A stretch of DNA of 64,000 nt from Desulfovibrionaceae bacterium (lineage in GTDB: Bacteria; Desulfobacterota; Desulfovibrionia; Desulfovibrionales; Desulfovibrionaceae): assembly GCA_963666895.2 (NCBI GenBank), contig CAXXNS010000001.1:76421-140420 (forward strand), written 5' to 3'. Numbering within the stretch: the stretch's first letter is position 1; each line of letters starts with the position of its first letter. A program made the translations under genes and the position numbers. Positions 27,901-38,223 of this stretch are shown piece by piece. The notes beneath the pieces are model-generated. The model saw nothing but the letters and a program-made list of their open reading frames with translations, ran no database searches and was not told the DNA's origin.

Positions 27901-28133
27901 AGATGCTGGACCTAGCCCCGGAAAACATCGAGATCGTCAAGGCCATCATCAACCTGGCCCACAGCCTGGAGCTGGAGGTGGTGGCCGAGGGCGTGGAGCG
28001 CGTCACCCACCAGGAGATCCTGACCGGGCTGGACTGCGACTACTGCCAGGGATATTTGTACGCCCGGCCCATGAAGGCCGAGGACGCCGAAGATTTCATC
28101 ACCAATATGGACAACTGGGAACTGCCCAATTAA
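24993..28133 (+). CDS. Membrane sensor with HAMP, three PAS domains, GGDEF and EAL domains (c-di-GMP turnover)
   Basis: Two TM segments. PAS-like repeats (GIWDWDL.., IVESYDGFIYI.., LIETTAEGFVLL..). GGDEF region SRFGGDEYIVLL. EAL region FEALARW, EITE, DDFGTGYSS. The track ORF begins at 24285; ATG 24993 is the likely start. Confidence 0.9.
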   Translation: MEQRNGHTGDRLAPPRRSLSRDMTVILAILMGGALAVLMTVDYIHRSHQLHQEAEIKAQRVMDSVAGMLREDSAALPTLLDNFVRNHEIETLRVFDVDGQLVFESVKQEAARGDVLMETRELGGRNEPPGRIEAAFSLEGVHQQLQATFWVMIIIFVVVMVFLVSTTSRLIRIRLRRPLLPLKTGMARVAQGEFDTAGEAENYEEFAGISKTFSIMVSRLKDREEALRGEIAERQRAEQRYALAVKGANDGIWDWDLVNGSIYFSARWKEIIGFNEDEFPNDIEEWKKRIHPDDRQRVVDAHHNFMAGLVPTLDLEYRLQHKDGSWRMVHAQGASLTDESGEPVRIAGANTDITERYEAQQALKESDEQYRAIVESYDGFIYICDKDYRITFMNRRLEERTGRLALGEPCHKAVHGLDERCAWCIMDKVMKGQTIRREVHSPVDGRWYYVVNTPILHPDGSVSKQAMFQDITERKRADQALRDNEERYRTLIETTAEGFVLLNLDLTIQDTNQALCDMLGRSRSDIIGRDLLEFMDDESREVILAQATRWEDTPHRLYEFSFKRASGEHVDVLASSTTMFDPQGKAKGSFVFLTDITDRKRMENQLRYQAMHDPLTGLSNRTLCLDRISRALERARRRSNYYYAVIFLDLDRFKVINDSLGHTLGDQLLIETSHRLLECVRDLDTVSRFGGDEYIVLLEELGSPRKAIQVVKRMRQALRRPYTLDNHEVQLTASIGIVLGPTDFKKPEDILQYANIAMHRAKSKGRDRFKVFTSKLLDHAIQQMALENHMERAMAEGQFFLHYQPIIRMGEGSRLYGFEALARWDHPSRGIIPPDEFIPVAEETGMIMDLGLWVLAQAARTMVQWMEAHPRARDLILSVNISGRQFSQHDLASKIRRLLDQIGLPPHQLKLEITETALMENAATAVDTLRQLKQLGVTLSIDDFGTGYSSMSYLQRLPLDNLKIDLSFVQMLDLAPENIEIVKAIINLAHSLELEVVAEGVERVTHQEILTGLDCDYCQGYLYARPMKAEDAEDFITNMDNWELPN

Positions 28134-29086
28134 CGCAGGGCAAGCCACCAGCAAAAAATTACAATCACTGCCGCGGCCGTACCAAAGGCCGCGTTCCACC
28201 ACCGTCCCGGCAACCCCCACTTGCGAACGCCCGTTCCGGCCGCCCAGCCCAGGGCCGTTCCCGCGGCCAGGCCGAACAGGTGCGCGCCCAGGTCGGTGTT
28301 GTCGCCCCCGGCCCCGAGCATGGCCAGGATGCCCAGGCCCGCGGCCAGGGGGATGAGCAGCTCGCCCAGCCGCCTGATCTGGCGCTGGCCCACCCGCAGT
28401 CCGGCCAGGATGCCGGCCGCGCCGAACACGGCCGTGGAAAAGCCCACGGAGTTGTGGTCCGGCGAGGCCACCCAGGCGTTGACGAGATTGCCCAGCATGC
28501 CCGAAGCCAGCACCAGCAACCAGGCCGCGCCCGTGCCCACCCGTCCGGCCGTCAGAACCACAAACGCGCCGCCGATGAGCACGTTGGCCATCACGTGGGC
28601 TCCGTCCGCGTGCAGGAACAGGGCCGTGGCCAGCCGCCACCACTCTCCCGCACGAATGGCCTGGGCCCAGGCCGAACCAACGTCGTAGAAGTCGTGGCTG
28701 TAGAGGGAGAGGCCCGGGTAGTTGCCCTGGAACGCGAAGTGAAGAAGAAGCACGGCCAGCATGGCCAGGGCCGTGGGCCGGACGCGCAGCGGAACCCCGG
28801 GCACGTCCGGTTCGGCCGGGGCTGAGGCCAGGGCGTGCTCCTCGGCAAGCCAGGCCTCCACCTCCTCGCGGGCCCGCCCCAGGGACCAGGCCTGGACCAG
28901 CACCCGGCTGGACCCTCCCTGGCGCACCACCCTATGGGGCAGCCTGGCCGAGGCCAGCACCAGGGCCCAGTCCCGGGCCTCCTGGGGCGTGAGCAGGGAC
29001 CGGCCCGGACCCAGGACCTCGGCGGCCAGGTCCACCCAGCGCGGGCGAACCATGCGGCGGAGGATGGAAGGGCGCGTCTCGACCAT
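28130..29086 (-). CDS. Rhomboid-family intramembrane serine protease
   Basis: WWRLATALFLHADGAHVMANV, GFSTAVFG (Ser motif) and GAHLFGLAAG (His motif), after an N-terminal cytosolic extension. Confidence 0.8.
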   Translation of the reverse strand: MVETRPSILRRMVRPRWVDLAAEVLGPGRSLLTPQEARDWALVLASARLPHRVVRQGGSSRVLVQAWSLGRAREEVEAWLAEEHALASAPAEPDVPGVPLRVRPTALAMLAVLLLHFAFQGNYPGLSLYSHDFYDVGSAWAQAIRAGEWWRLATALFLHADGAHVMANVLIGGAFVVLTAGRVGTGAAWLLVLASGMLGNLVNAWVASPDHNSVGFSTAVFGAAGILAGLRVGQRQIRRLGELLIPLAAGLGILAMLGAGGDNTDLGAHLFGLAAGTALGWAAGTGVRKWGLPGRWWNAAFGTAAAVIVIFCWWLALR

Positions 29087-29173
29087 GGACCGCAGCCTAC
29101 AGCAAAGCCGCCCAAGGGAAAAGCCACGGTTTCCGGGCCTTTCACCAGTGTGAGGAATCTGATACCAAGGGCC

Positions 29174-30319
29174 ATGAACACCCTTGCCCGCCCCCTTCTG
29201 CTGATTCCGGCCCTGTTATGGGCCCTGTTGTGGCTCGCCATGCCCTGCTCCGCCATCGCTGACGAAACGTTCATCGACCCGGACAACCCGAGCCTGGAGG
29301 TCATGGCCGGACAGATGCTCATGGTCGGATTCCGGGGCCTGGACGCGCCCGAGGGCTCGCCCGTGGCCCGGGCCATCGCCGAGCTCCATTTGGGCGGGGT
29401 GATCCTGTTCGACTACGACGTGGCCCTGAAAAAGCCGGGCCGCAACATCGTGTCCCCGGAGCAGCTGGCCGAGCTGACGGCCCAATTGCGCACCCCGGCC
29501 CAGATTCCGCTCTTCCTGGCCGTGGACCAAGAGGGCGGCAAGGTGCAGCGCCTCAAGGCCGCGGCCGGATTCCGCGAGACCCCATCGGCCGCCGAACTGG
29601 GCCAGGAGGGGACGGAAGCGGCACGCGCGGCCGGTGAGGAGATCGGGCAGCAGCTGGCCGGGTACGGCCTGAACCTGGACTTCGCGCCCGTGCTGGACGT
29701 GGACGTGAACCCGGACAGCCCGGCCATCGGCGCGCTGGGCCGCAGCTTCTCCCCGGACCCGGAGCGGGTGGCCGCGCTCGGCCTGGCCTTTCTGGACGGC
29801 CTGCGCGCCCAGGGCGTGTTCTCCTGCGTCAAGCACTTCCCGGGCCACGGCTCGGCCTCCACGGACTCCCACACCGGCCTGCCGGACATCACCAACACCT
29901 GGACCGAGCAGGAACTCGTGCCCTTCGCCCGGGTCATCCAGGCCCAGGCCACGGACATGGTCATGACCGCCCACCTGTTCAACGCCCACCTGGACCCGGA
30001 CCACCCGGCCACCCTGTCCCGGGCCGTGGTCCAGGGCATGCTTCGGGACGGGCTGGGGTTTGCGGGCGTGGTGGTCACGGACGACCTGGGCATGGGGGCC
30101 ATTGCCGAGCACTACGGCCTGAACCAGGCCATCCAACTGGCCGTGGAGGCGGGCTGCGACATCCTGCTCTTCGGCAACAACCTGACCTACGACCCGGACC
30201 TGGCCTTCAAGGCCCACGCCGCCCTGGTCGGCCTGGTCCGCGACGGGACCATCCCCCTGGAACGCATCCGCCTCTCCTACGAGCGCATCATGGCCCTCAA
30301 GGGTTTTATGGCCGGATAG
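29174..30319 (+). CDS. Glycoside hydrolase family 3 beta-N-acetylhexosaminidase-like protein with signal peptide
   Basis: LAVDQEGGKVQRL, KHFPGHGSASTDSH, VVVTDDLGMGA, with an N-terminal signal MNTLARPLLLIPALLWALLWLAMPCSA. Confidence 0.85.
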   Translation: MNTLARPLLLIPALLWALLWLAMPCSAIADETFIDPDNPSLEVMAGQMLMVGFRGLDAPEGSPVARAIAELHLGGVILFDYDVALKKPGRNIVSPEQLAELTAQLRTPAQIPLFLAVDQEGGKVQRLKAAAGFRETPSAAELGQEGTEAARAAGEEIGQQLAGYGLNLDFAPVLDVDVNPDSPAIGALGRSFSPDPERVAALGLAFLDGLRAQGVFSCVKHFPGHGSASTDSHTGLPDITNTWTEQELVPFARVIQAQATDMVMTAHLFNAHLDPDHPATLSRAVVQGMLRDGLGFAGVVVTDDLGMGAIAEHYGLNQAIQLAVEAGCDILLFGNNLTYDPDLAFKAHAALVGLVRDGTIPLERIRLSYERIMALKGFMAG

Positions 30320-30490
30320 CCCATCACCGCCTCCTCTTAGAGGACCGGCCGTTTCTTGTTACATTTGTGTTGATTTTGCGTTTGCGCCTTGACTGAATTC
30401 CTATCCCGGTCAGTATCGTTCCAAACTCCCATTCACAGGGCTGGTGCGCCGAAAAGGCATGCCGCGACCCACCCGAAAGGAGACGCGGAC

Positions 30491-30783
30491 ATGGGTAGCA
30501 AGAACAAGGTGCTGATGGAAGGAGCCATGGAACTCAAGGAGGCCGTGACCTACCTGGAGACCCTGGTATCGACCCTCAAGACCGAAAACCGTCCACATGC
30601 AGCGGGGCGAGGACGCGGTGACGCTTCGGACCCACCTCCATCGTGGACATGGAGATCTCGGCCTCCCAGAAAGAGGGCAAGGAGAAACTGTCCATCAAAC
30701 TGGGCCTGGAGCAGCGACCCCAAATACGGCCTGCCCGAGGACATCTCCATCTCGGGCGAGGAGCCCAAGCTGGACATCGCCTG
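30491..30783 (+). pseudogene. Amphi-Trp-domain-like small protein, reading frame broken three times
   Basis: Pieces lie in three frames (track ORFs 30389.., 30597.., 30643.., then back). Joined, they read MGSKNKVLMEGAMELKEAVTYLETLVSTLKTEN / VHMQRGEDAVTLR / TSIVDMEISASQKEGKEKLSIKLG / WSSDPKYGLPEDISISGEEPKLDIA. Each shift is explained by one extra C. Confidence 0.6.
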
Positions 30784-30817
30784 ATCCCGTCGTCCGGCCC
30801 TCTCCCCATTCCAATGC

Positions 30818-30846
30818 AAAGGGGCGCTTCGGGCGCCCCTTTTTTC
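30818..30846 (+). terminator. Rho-independent terminator
   Basis: GGGGCGC ttcgg GCGCCCC followed by T6. Confidence 0.8.
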
Positions 30847-30968
30847 ACCTGTCCGCGACCCCCCATGTCTCCCTCCGCCTTGCCAAGCAAGGCCCGGCCC
30901 TGTATCAGGAAATGACATCGCGGGCGACCGCCCGCCGACCCCGACATCACACCCATTGGGAGGCATAC

Positions 30969-32150
<1,182 letters not shown>

Positions 32151-32154
32151 AGTC

Positions 32155-32901
32155 ATGACCAATGTTGCATGCTCCGGCGTCGCCAGGCCCCTCTCTATCT
32201 CCAGCTGGACCGGGGTCGACCTTCGCCTATGCGGGCAAGCCGCCCGTGCTCAGGAAAAGGCCGACGGCTCGAAATCGAGCCCGGGCCGTGACGCGCATCC
32301 TGACCGGGCCTTCGGGCGCGGGGAAATCCACGGTGCTCCGGCTGCTGTGCCGCCTGGAGGAGCCCGACGACGGCGCCGCATCCTGCTCGAAGGCCAGGAC
32401 ATCCGCGAGCTGCCGCCGCCCCTGGCTTGCGGCCGCCGGGTGCATCTACGTGCAGCAGACCCCCACCCTGGTGGCAGGGCAGCCTGCGCCACAACCTGAC
32501 CCTGCCCTTCACCTTCGCGGCCAACCGCGGACCTGTCACCCTGCCCGGACGACGCCCGGCTGCGCGAGCATGCTGGACGAATTCCTGCTCTCGGACCTGG
32601 ACCTGGACCAGGCGGCCAAGGGCTTGTCCGTGGGCCAGAAACAGCGGGTCTGCCTGATCCGGGGGCTGCTCCTTTCGCCACGGGCCATGCTCCTGGACGA
32701 GCCCGCCAGCGGCCCTGGACCCGGAGTCCGGCCTCGGTGGTGGTGGAGGCGGCCCTGCCGCCTGCCCGGGGAGCGCGGCGTGGCCGTGGTCATGGTCAGC
32801 CATGGCCCGGAACTGGACGGCCGGGACTGCGCCACCCTGGATCTGCAGGACTGGACAACTGCGCGACCAGCAACCGCATCCCGTGGGAGGCGGCCACATG
32901 A
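32155..32901 (+). pseudogene. ABC transporter ATP-binding protein (FetA/YbbL-like), multiply frameshifted
   Basis: Walker [18 protein letters not shown], signature LSVGQKQRV and Walker B LLLDEPAS sit in different frames. The stop overlaps the ATG of the next gene (ATGA). Confidence 0.7.
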
Positions 32902-33691
32902 ACCCCGGCGCACATCTCGCATGTGGCAACTGGTCTCCCTGGCCCTGGGGTTCGTGGTCTTCGCCGGGCATCGCCAGCGTGATCCACCACCTGGGCATCG
33001 TGCGCGACCTCACCGTGGGCACCCTGCGCTGCGTGGCCCAGCTGCTGCTCCTGGGGTATGCGCTCAAGTACATCTTCGCGCTCAACTGGTCCTGGGTGGT
33101 GGTGGGCGTGTTCCTGTTCATGCTCATTTCGGCCGGGTTCATCGTGCGCGGCCGGGTCAAGGAGACGGCACGTGCCGCTACGCCCTGCCCCTGTTCGTGA
33201 CCATGACCCTGTCCTACTTCACCGTGGCCGTGCTGGTCACCGGGGTCATCGTGCAGGCGGACCCGTGGTGGAAACCCGAATATTTCCTGCCCCTTGGCGG
33301 CATGGTGGTGGGCAACAGCATGAACTCCCTGGCCCTGTGCCCTGGACCGGCTGTTCTCGGACCTGCAGGACCCGGCGCGAGGAGATCGAGATGCGCCTGT
33401 CCCTGGGCGCGGACCCGCGCGAAGCCTCGGCCGCAGGTCACGCGCAAGGCCATGAGCGCGGGCATGATCCCCATCGTCAACTCCATGATGGGCGCGGGCC
33501 TGGTCTTCATCCCGGGCATGATGACCGGTCAGATTCTGGCCGGGGCCGACCCCCTGGAGGCGGTGCGCTACCAGATCGTGGTCATGCTCATGCTGGTGGG
33601 CGCGGCCACCCTGGCCGCCATCCTGCTGGTGCTCTGGGTCAGGCGGCGGTGCTTTGGCCCGGGCCAGCAGCTCGTTCTGCCCGTGGAGTAG
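32898..33691 (+). pseudogene. UPF0014/FetB(YbbM)-like ABC permease, multiply frameshifted
   Basis: Conserved pieces lie in three frames: GIASVIHHLGIVRDLTVGTLRCVAQLLLLGYALKYIF.., YALPLFVTMTLSYFTVAVLVTGV..LGGMVVGNSMNSLAL, REEIEMRLSLGADPREAS, AMSAGMIPIVNSMMGAGLVFIPGMMTGQILAGADPLEAVRYQIVVM. Confidence 0.7.
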
Positions 33692-33711
33692 AAACAAAAG
33701 CGGAGACAGCC

Positions 33712-34227
33712 ATGCCCCGCCCGTTGCAAACCCTGCGCATCGCGGTCCTGGCCGCGCCCTGGCCCTGCCTTACGGCCACGGGTTCGGCCCTGGCGGCCGT
33801 GGGGTTGTGGCGGCTCATGGTCCTGTTCATGGCCACGGGCAAGCCGGTGGCCGGGGCCCTGCTGGCCTTTCCCGTGCTGGGCTGGTGCGCGTTGGCGGGC
33901 ATCTGCCTCATGGACGCGGCCGCCCGGGTGCGGGAGTACCACCGGTTCCGGGCCGCGTTCAAACGCTTCGGGTTCCGCAAGCGCCTGGCCCGCATCGGAG
34001 CGGCCAGCCGCTGCCAGAGGGACGCAGTGGCCAGGGCCGCCCAGGACGCGGGCCACGGCCGGGCCGTGCGGCAGTACTACCGCGACCTGGGCTACCGCTG
34101 GCGCCACCTCCTGCCCGATCCCCGTGGCCGACAACCCGCTGACCTTCCTGAACCCGGAATATCTGAAAAAGGGCGTTCGTGCCCGGGAAGCGATAAAAAA
34201 AGGCCGCCCCCAAAGGAGCGGCCTTAA
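33712..34227 (+). CDS. Hypothetical membrane protein (3' end possibly frameshifted)
   Basis: MPRPLQTLRIAVLAAPWP.. with two or three helices and a basic C-terminal half. The annotated frame runs into the terminator hairpin, and a neighbouring frame gives the more protein-like PVADNPLTFLNPEYLKKG. Confidence 0.4.
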   Translation: MPRPLQTLRIAVLAAPWPCLTATGSALAAVGLWRLMVLFMATGKPVAGALLAFPVLGWCALAGICLMDAAARVREYHRFRAAFKRFGFRKRLARIGAASRCQRDAVARAAQDAGHGRAVRQYYRDLGYRWRHLLPDPRGRQPADLPEPGISEKGRSCPGSDKKRPPPKERP

Positions 34228-34230
34228 AAA
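34195..34230. terminator. Bidirectional terminator between convergent operons
   Basis: A7-GGCCGC ..10 nt.. GCGGCC-TTAAAAA. On the minus strand the hairpin is followed by T7. Confidence 0.6.
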
Positions 34231-34248
34231 TTTCGGGTAACCAGTCGG

Positions 34249-34513
34249 TTACATCAAGCCTTCCACGGTCAATCCCGGACTCATCCGCGGCCTGGACAAG
34301 GTCGCGCAGGATCTGAAGCGACTGCTCGGCCTCCTTGGGGTCCAGCTTGCGGATGGCGAACCCGGCGTGGATGATCACAAAGTCGCCAATCCCCACCTCC
34401 CCATCGCAGATCATGAGCGAACAAGTGACCGTGGAGGTGGAGTCCCCCACCTTGCAGGTGGCGAAATCGTTCTCGCCTATCTCGATGACTTCAGCCGGCA
34501 CTGCGAGGCACAT
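34249..34513 (-). CDS. HypC/HupF-type hydrogenase assembly chaperone (3' boundary approximate)
   Basis: N-terminal MCLAVPAEV signature. The track ORF (33959..34612) reads on through the operon terminator. A TAA at 34249 in a neighbouring frame suggests an indel near the 3' end. Confidence 0.6.
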
Positions 34514-35021
34514 AGGAAACCTCCTCCAGGGGGACGTCGCGCCTGGTAAAGGAGCCGCCCGCGGCCTCCACTTCCTTGAGCGCGTTTTCAATGAATTTGG
34601 GCATGCTGGCATCGGACGTTTCCGAAAGCTCGGTGGACATGGTGGAGAAATCCGTAGGCTCCATGCCGATGACCACCGCGTCCGGCCGGTTGCCGCACAG
34701 TTCGCATGACATGAGGGTGTCCACCAGGTCGGTGTCGTGCAGGGAGTTGCGGAAGGCCAGCCCCTTGCGCAGGTCGTCGCCCACCAGACGGTAGACCGAG
34801 CCCGGATCGTGGCCGCCCAGCACCGCGTCCAGCACGATGAGGAAATCGCAATCCATCATGGGGCCCATGAGCTTGACGCCCAGGGTGCCTCCGTCCATGA
34901 GGGTCACGTTGTCGGAGAACTCATATTCCCGCTGGAGCTGTTCCACGGCCCGGACTCCGATGCCCTCGTCCGTGTAGAGCACGTTGCCCACGCCCAAAAC
35001 CAGGATGCGTTTGTCGTCCAT
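34491..35021 (-). CDS. [NiFe] hydrogenase maturation endopeptidase (HyaD/HynC-like)
   Basis: MDDKRILVLGVGNVLYTDEGIGV.., LIVLDAV.., HDTDL... Follows the large-subunit gene. ATG 35021 (the track start is 35123). Confidence 0.85.
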   Translation of the reverse strand: MDDKRILVLGVGNVLYTDEGIGVRAVEQLQREYEFSDNVTLMDGGTLGVKLMGPMMDCDFLIVLDAVLGGHDPGSVYRLVGDDLRKGLAFRNSLHDTDLVDTLMSCELCGNRPDAVVIGMEPTDFSTMSTELSETSDASMPKFIENALKEVEAAGGSFTRRDVPLEEVSYVPRSAG

Positions 35022-35170
35022 TGGTTGAATATAATACCGGACTCGGCAGTCGGCAACCGGGAATGCCCGGTCTGAGCCTTTTTCCGGAGGGGTTGAGGTT
35101 CTCCAGGACGCCGGGGGGAACAAAAGGGGGCCCCGAAGGGCCCCCTTCTGGTTGGCGTTCGTTCCTGAAT

Positions 35171-36877
35171 CTACAGGATGGTGAACTCGCGGGACTGGCC
35201 GGTCTTGGCGTCGATGACGTGCACGCCGCAGGCGATGCAGGGGTCATACGAGTGGACCGTGCGCAGAATCTCGACGGGACGCATGGGATCGAAGATCGGG
35301 GTGCCCATGAGGGCTTCCTCGGTGGGTCCAAGCACGCCGGAATCGTCGCGCGGGCCCAGGTTCCAGGTGGAGGGAACCACCAGCTGGATGTTGTCGATCT
35401 TGTTGTCCTTGATGTTCACCCAGTGGGACAGGGTGCCGCGCGGGGCGTTGACGAAACCGACGCCCTGGGCTTCTCCCGGCCACTCCCATTCCTTGTAGAT
35501 CTCGTTGTCGCCGGAGGCGATGTTGGCCTGCAGCTCTTCCACCCAGGCCTGAGTCTGGTTGGCGATGAGCAGGGTCTCGATGCCGCGGGCGGCGGTGCGG
35601 CCCAGGGTCGAGAACAGGGCCTCGGGGCCGACACCCAGCTGCGTGAGCACGTAGGTCACGGCGTCCACGGTGGGCTTGTGGCCGCGGGCGTAGGAAACCA
35701 GGGTCTGGGCCAGGGGGCCGACCTCGGTGGCCTTGCCGTTCATGCGCGGGGCCTTCATCCAGGAGTAGTGATCCTTGTCGCCCAGCTTGGTGTACTTGGG
35801 CTTGGTCTCACCATTGTAAGGATGCTTGGGCTCGCCGTACTCGTACCAGGAGTACTTGACGTGCTCTTCGATGTTCTTGGTGTCGAAGGGCTGCACGTTG
35901 CCCAGGTCGCGATTGTAGATCGCCCCCGGGGGCAACCAGCGGGATTCCAGATCGTACTCGTCCGAAGGGAACTCGCCACAGGTCTGGAAGTGGGTGGTGC
36001 CGCCGATGCCGGCCCAGTCCTTGTAGAAGGAGGCCACGGCCAGCAGGTCGGGGATGTACACGTTGCGCACGAAGTCCGCGGTCTCGTGATAAAGCTCCAG
36101 GAACTCGTTGATGCGTTTCTCAGTCAGGGCCTCGTAGCAGGTCACGCCACCGACCACGGTGAACTGAGTGTGCGGGTTCTTGGCGCCGAACACGGCCATG
36201 GCGCGGGCAGCCTTGACCTGGAGCTTGAGGGCGTCCAGGTAGTGCTTGGTGGCCATGAGGTTGGCTTCGGCCGGCAGATAGTAGGCGTCGTGCCCACCTT
36301 CGCGCAGGAAGTAGGCGTTGGTGAAGGGGCCGAGCTGGCCGGATTTCACCAGGGCCTCAACCGTGGCGCGAACGGCCTCGAAGTCCTCGGGGGTCTCGTT
36401 CAGCGGGTTGATGGAGTTGGCCAGGGAGGCCGTAGCCTTGGGATCCGCGGAGATGGCGGAAGCCACGTCGACCCAGTCCAGGGCGTGCAGGTGATAGAAA
36501 TGCACGATGTGGTCGTGCATGAACTGCGCGGCCATGACCAGGTTGCGGATCAGGGTGGCGTTCTTGGGGATCTTCACGCCCATGGCGTTGTCCATGCAGC
36601 GCGTGGAAGCCAGCGCGTGCACGTACGTGCAGACGCCGCAGGAACGCTGGGTGAAGTGCTGGGCATCGCGGGGGTCACGGCCCTTGAGGATGAGCTCAAG
36701 ACCGCGGAACAGCTGCGAGCTGGAACGCACATCGGCGACAACGCCGTTTTCAACTTCGACTTCAATGCGCAGATGGCCCTCGATCCGGGTAATCGGATCT
36801 ACGACCACCGGCCCGTTGTAACCGCTTTTCGGGGTCGCTTTGACCTCGGGGGCGGCGGCAGGCTTGGAACCGGACAT
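35171..36877 (-). CDS. hynA: Periplasmic [NiFe] hydrogenase large subunit
   Basis: 568 aa with N-terminal RIEGHLRIE..RGLE..RDP..QRSCGVC and C-terminal DPCIACGVHVID Ni-binding motifs. No in-frame TGA, so it is not the [NiFeSe] type. Confidence 0.95.
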   Translation of the reverse strand: MSGSKPAAAPEVKATPKSGYNGPVVVDPITRIEGHLRIEVEVENGVVADVRSSSQLFRGLELILKGRDPRDAQHFTQRSCGVCTYVHALASTRCMDNAMGVKIPKNATLIRNLVMAAQFMHDHIVHFYHLHALDWVDVASAISADPKATASLANSINPLNETPEDFEAVRATVEALVKSGQLGPFTNAYFLREGGHDAYYLPAEANLMATKHYLDALKLQVKAARAMAVFGAKNPHTQFTVVGGVTCYEALTEKRINEFLELYHETADFVRNVYIPDLLAVASFYKDWAGIGGTTHFQTCGEFPSDEYDLESRWLPPGAIYNRDLGNVQPFDTKNIEEHVKYSWYEYGEPKHPYNGETKPKYTKLGDKDHYSWMKAPRMNGKATEVGPLAQTLVSYARGHKPTVDAVTYVLTQLGVGPEALFSTLGRTAARGIETLLIANQTQAWVEELQANIASGDNEIYKEWEWPGEAQGVGFVNAPRGTLSHWVNIKDNKIDNIQLVVPSTWNLGPRDDSGVLGPTEEALMGTPIFDPMRPVEILRTVHSYDPCIACGVHVIDAKTGQSREFTIL

Positions 36878-36936
36878 ATTCGCTTCCTCCTAGTGTTTCT
36901 CTTCTCTTGGGTTACGATACACCTGTCTGCCGGGCC

Positions 36937-37896
36937 TTAGGCCTCTTCATAGAAGGGGGCCAAGTCATCCCAGAAGTTCGGCTCGGAGCAGCCGATGCAG
37001 GGGTGGCCGGCTTCGATCGGGAAGTTCGTCTGGTTGAACTTGACGGTCGGGCAGTTGTTGTAGGTGTAGGGGCCCTTGCAGCCGAGCTGCATCAGGCAGT
37101 AACCCTTGCGGGCGGTCTCGTCAGCGAAGCCGGTGGCGAACAGGCCCTCGTCGAAGTACTTCAGACGCGGACAGTTGTCGTGCACGGACTCGCCGAAGAA
37201 CAGCTCGGGACGGCCCTCGCCATCCAGCGGCGGGATGGGGTTGGTACCTTCCTTCAGGGCGGTCAGGAAGTAGACCACGGTGCCCAGCAGGTTGTACGGG
37301 TTCGGCGGGCAACCGGAGATGTTGATGACCGGTTTGTCGAAGATGTCCCGGACGCCGACAGCCTTGGTCGGGTTCGGGGCGGCGGCCTGAACGCCACCGA
37401 AGGCGGCGCAGGTGCCATAGGTGATGACTGCAAGGGCGCCCTCGCAGATCTTCTTGGTGGTCTCGAGCATGGTGTGCCCGGCGACCTTGCCGTGGATGCC
37501 GCCCTCGGCGGTGGGGATGCCGCCCTCAATGACGGCAACGTAACCACCGGCGTGGTAGGCGTCTTCCAGGGCCTTCTCAGCCATCTCGCCAGCCGCGGCC
37601 ATGACGGTCTCGTGGTAGTCCAGCGAGATCACGTTCAGGATCAATTCCGCGAAAGGCGGGTTCACACCGCGGAGGATGGACTCGGAGCAGCCCGTGCATT
37701 CCGCGTTGTGGATCCAGATGACAGAGGGCTTCTTTTCAGCTGTCAGGGCTTCGGCCACTTTCGGCGCGAACGCCGGACCCATGCCCATTACCGCGGCGAC
37801 CGTGCCGCAGAGCTTCATGAAGTCACGGCGCGAGACCCCGCTTTTAGCGAGCCGTTCCTCGACCGTTTTGCCACTCTGACTTACGGAGAACTTCAT
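36937..37896 (-). CDS. hynB: Periplasmic [NiFe] hydrogenase small subunit with Tat signal
   Basis: Twin-arginine leader [10 protein letters not shown]. FeS-ligand regions [12 protein letters not shown] and CIGCSEP. Confidence 0.95.
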   Translation of the reverse strand: MKFSVSQSGKTVEERLAKSGVSRRDFMKLCGTVAAVMGMGPAFAPKVAEALTAEKKPSVIWIHNAECTGCSESILRGVNPPFAELILNVISLDYHETVMAAAGEMAEKALEDAYHAGGYVAVIEGGIPTAEGGIHGKVAGHTMLETTKKICEGALAVITYGTCAAFGGVQAAAPNPTKAVGVRDIFDKPVINISGCPPNPYNLLGTVVYFLTALKEGTNPIPPLDGEGRPELFFGESVHDNCPRLKYFDEGLFATGFADETARKGYCLMQLGCKGPYTYNNCPTVKFNQTNFPIEAGHPCIGCSEPNFWDDLAPFYEEA

Positions 37897-37969
37897 AAAA
37901 CACCTCCAGTTGCATGAAAGGAACTATTCGGCGCTTATAACACGCCTGGATTCCTTGGCTTACCGCCCG

Positions 37970-38031
37970 GTAACCACCCGAACGGCAGGTAACTCCCTCA
38001 ACCGACGTAACACGAAGACGTCACTCGTAAC
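37970..38031. promoter_or_regulatory. Array of four GTAAC pentamers at 19/18/20-bp spacing upstream of hynB
   Basis: GTAAC at 37970, 37989, 38007 and 38027 (plus-strand notation), 74-135 nt upstream of the hynB ATG. Confidence 0.35.
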
Positions 38032-38223
38032 ATCTTCGGCATAAAGGTTCTTTAAAAGTGCTATCCCCCCGAATTCCTTAAACATGTACTCCTCTCCTAA
38101 ACGCCTTTCCAGAGAAAAGCAATAGGGCGGAATAATAAAATTGGCCCCTCCCGGAACCACCATTGTTGGTCCCAAAGAGAGGCCTTTCATTCGGGCAGCA
38201 AAACGCCCATTGATGCGTTGGGA

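Noticed and set aside
28130-28133. Overlapping stop codons of the convergent GGDEF-EAL and rhomboid genes (TTAA core), as a possible regulatory overlap.
   Set aside because: A 2-nt stop-codon overlap of convergent genes is common in compact genomes and implies nothing beyond the absence of an intervening terminator.
35171-36877. Possibility that the hydrogenase large subunit is a [NiFeSe] selenoprotein with an in-frame TGA.
   Set aside because: The ORF is uninterrupted, and the C-terminal motif reads DPCIACGVH with Cys at the position that would be Sec.
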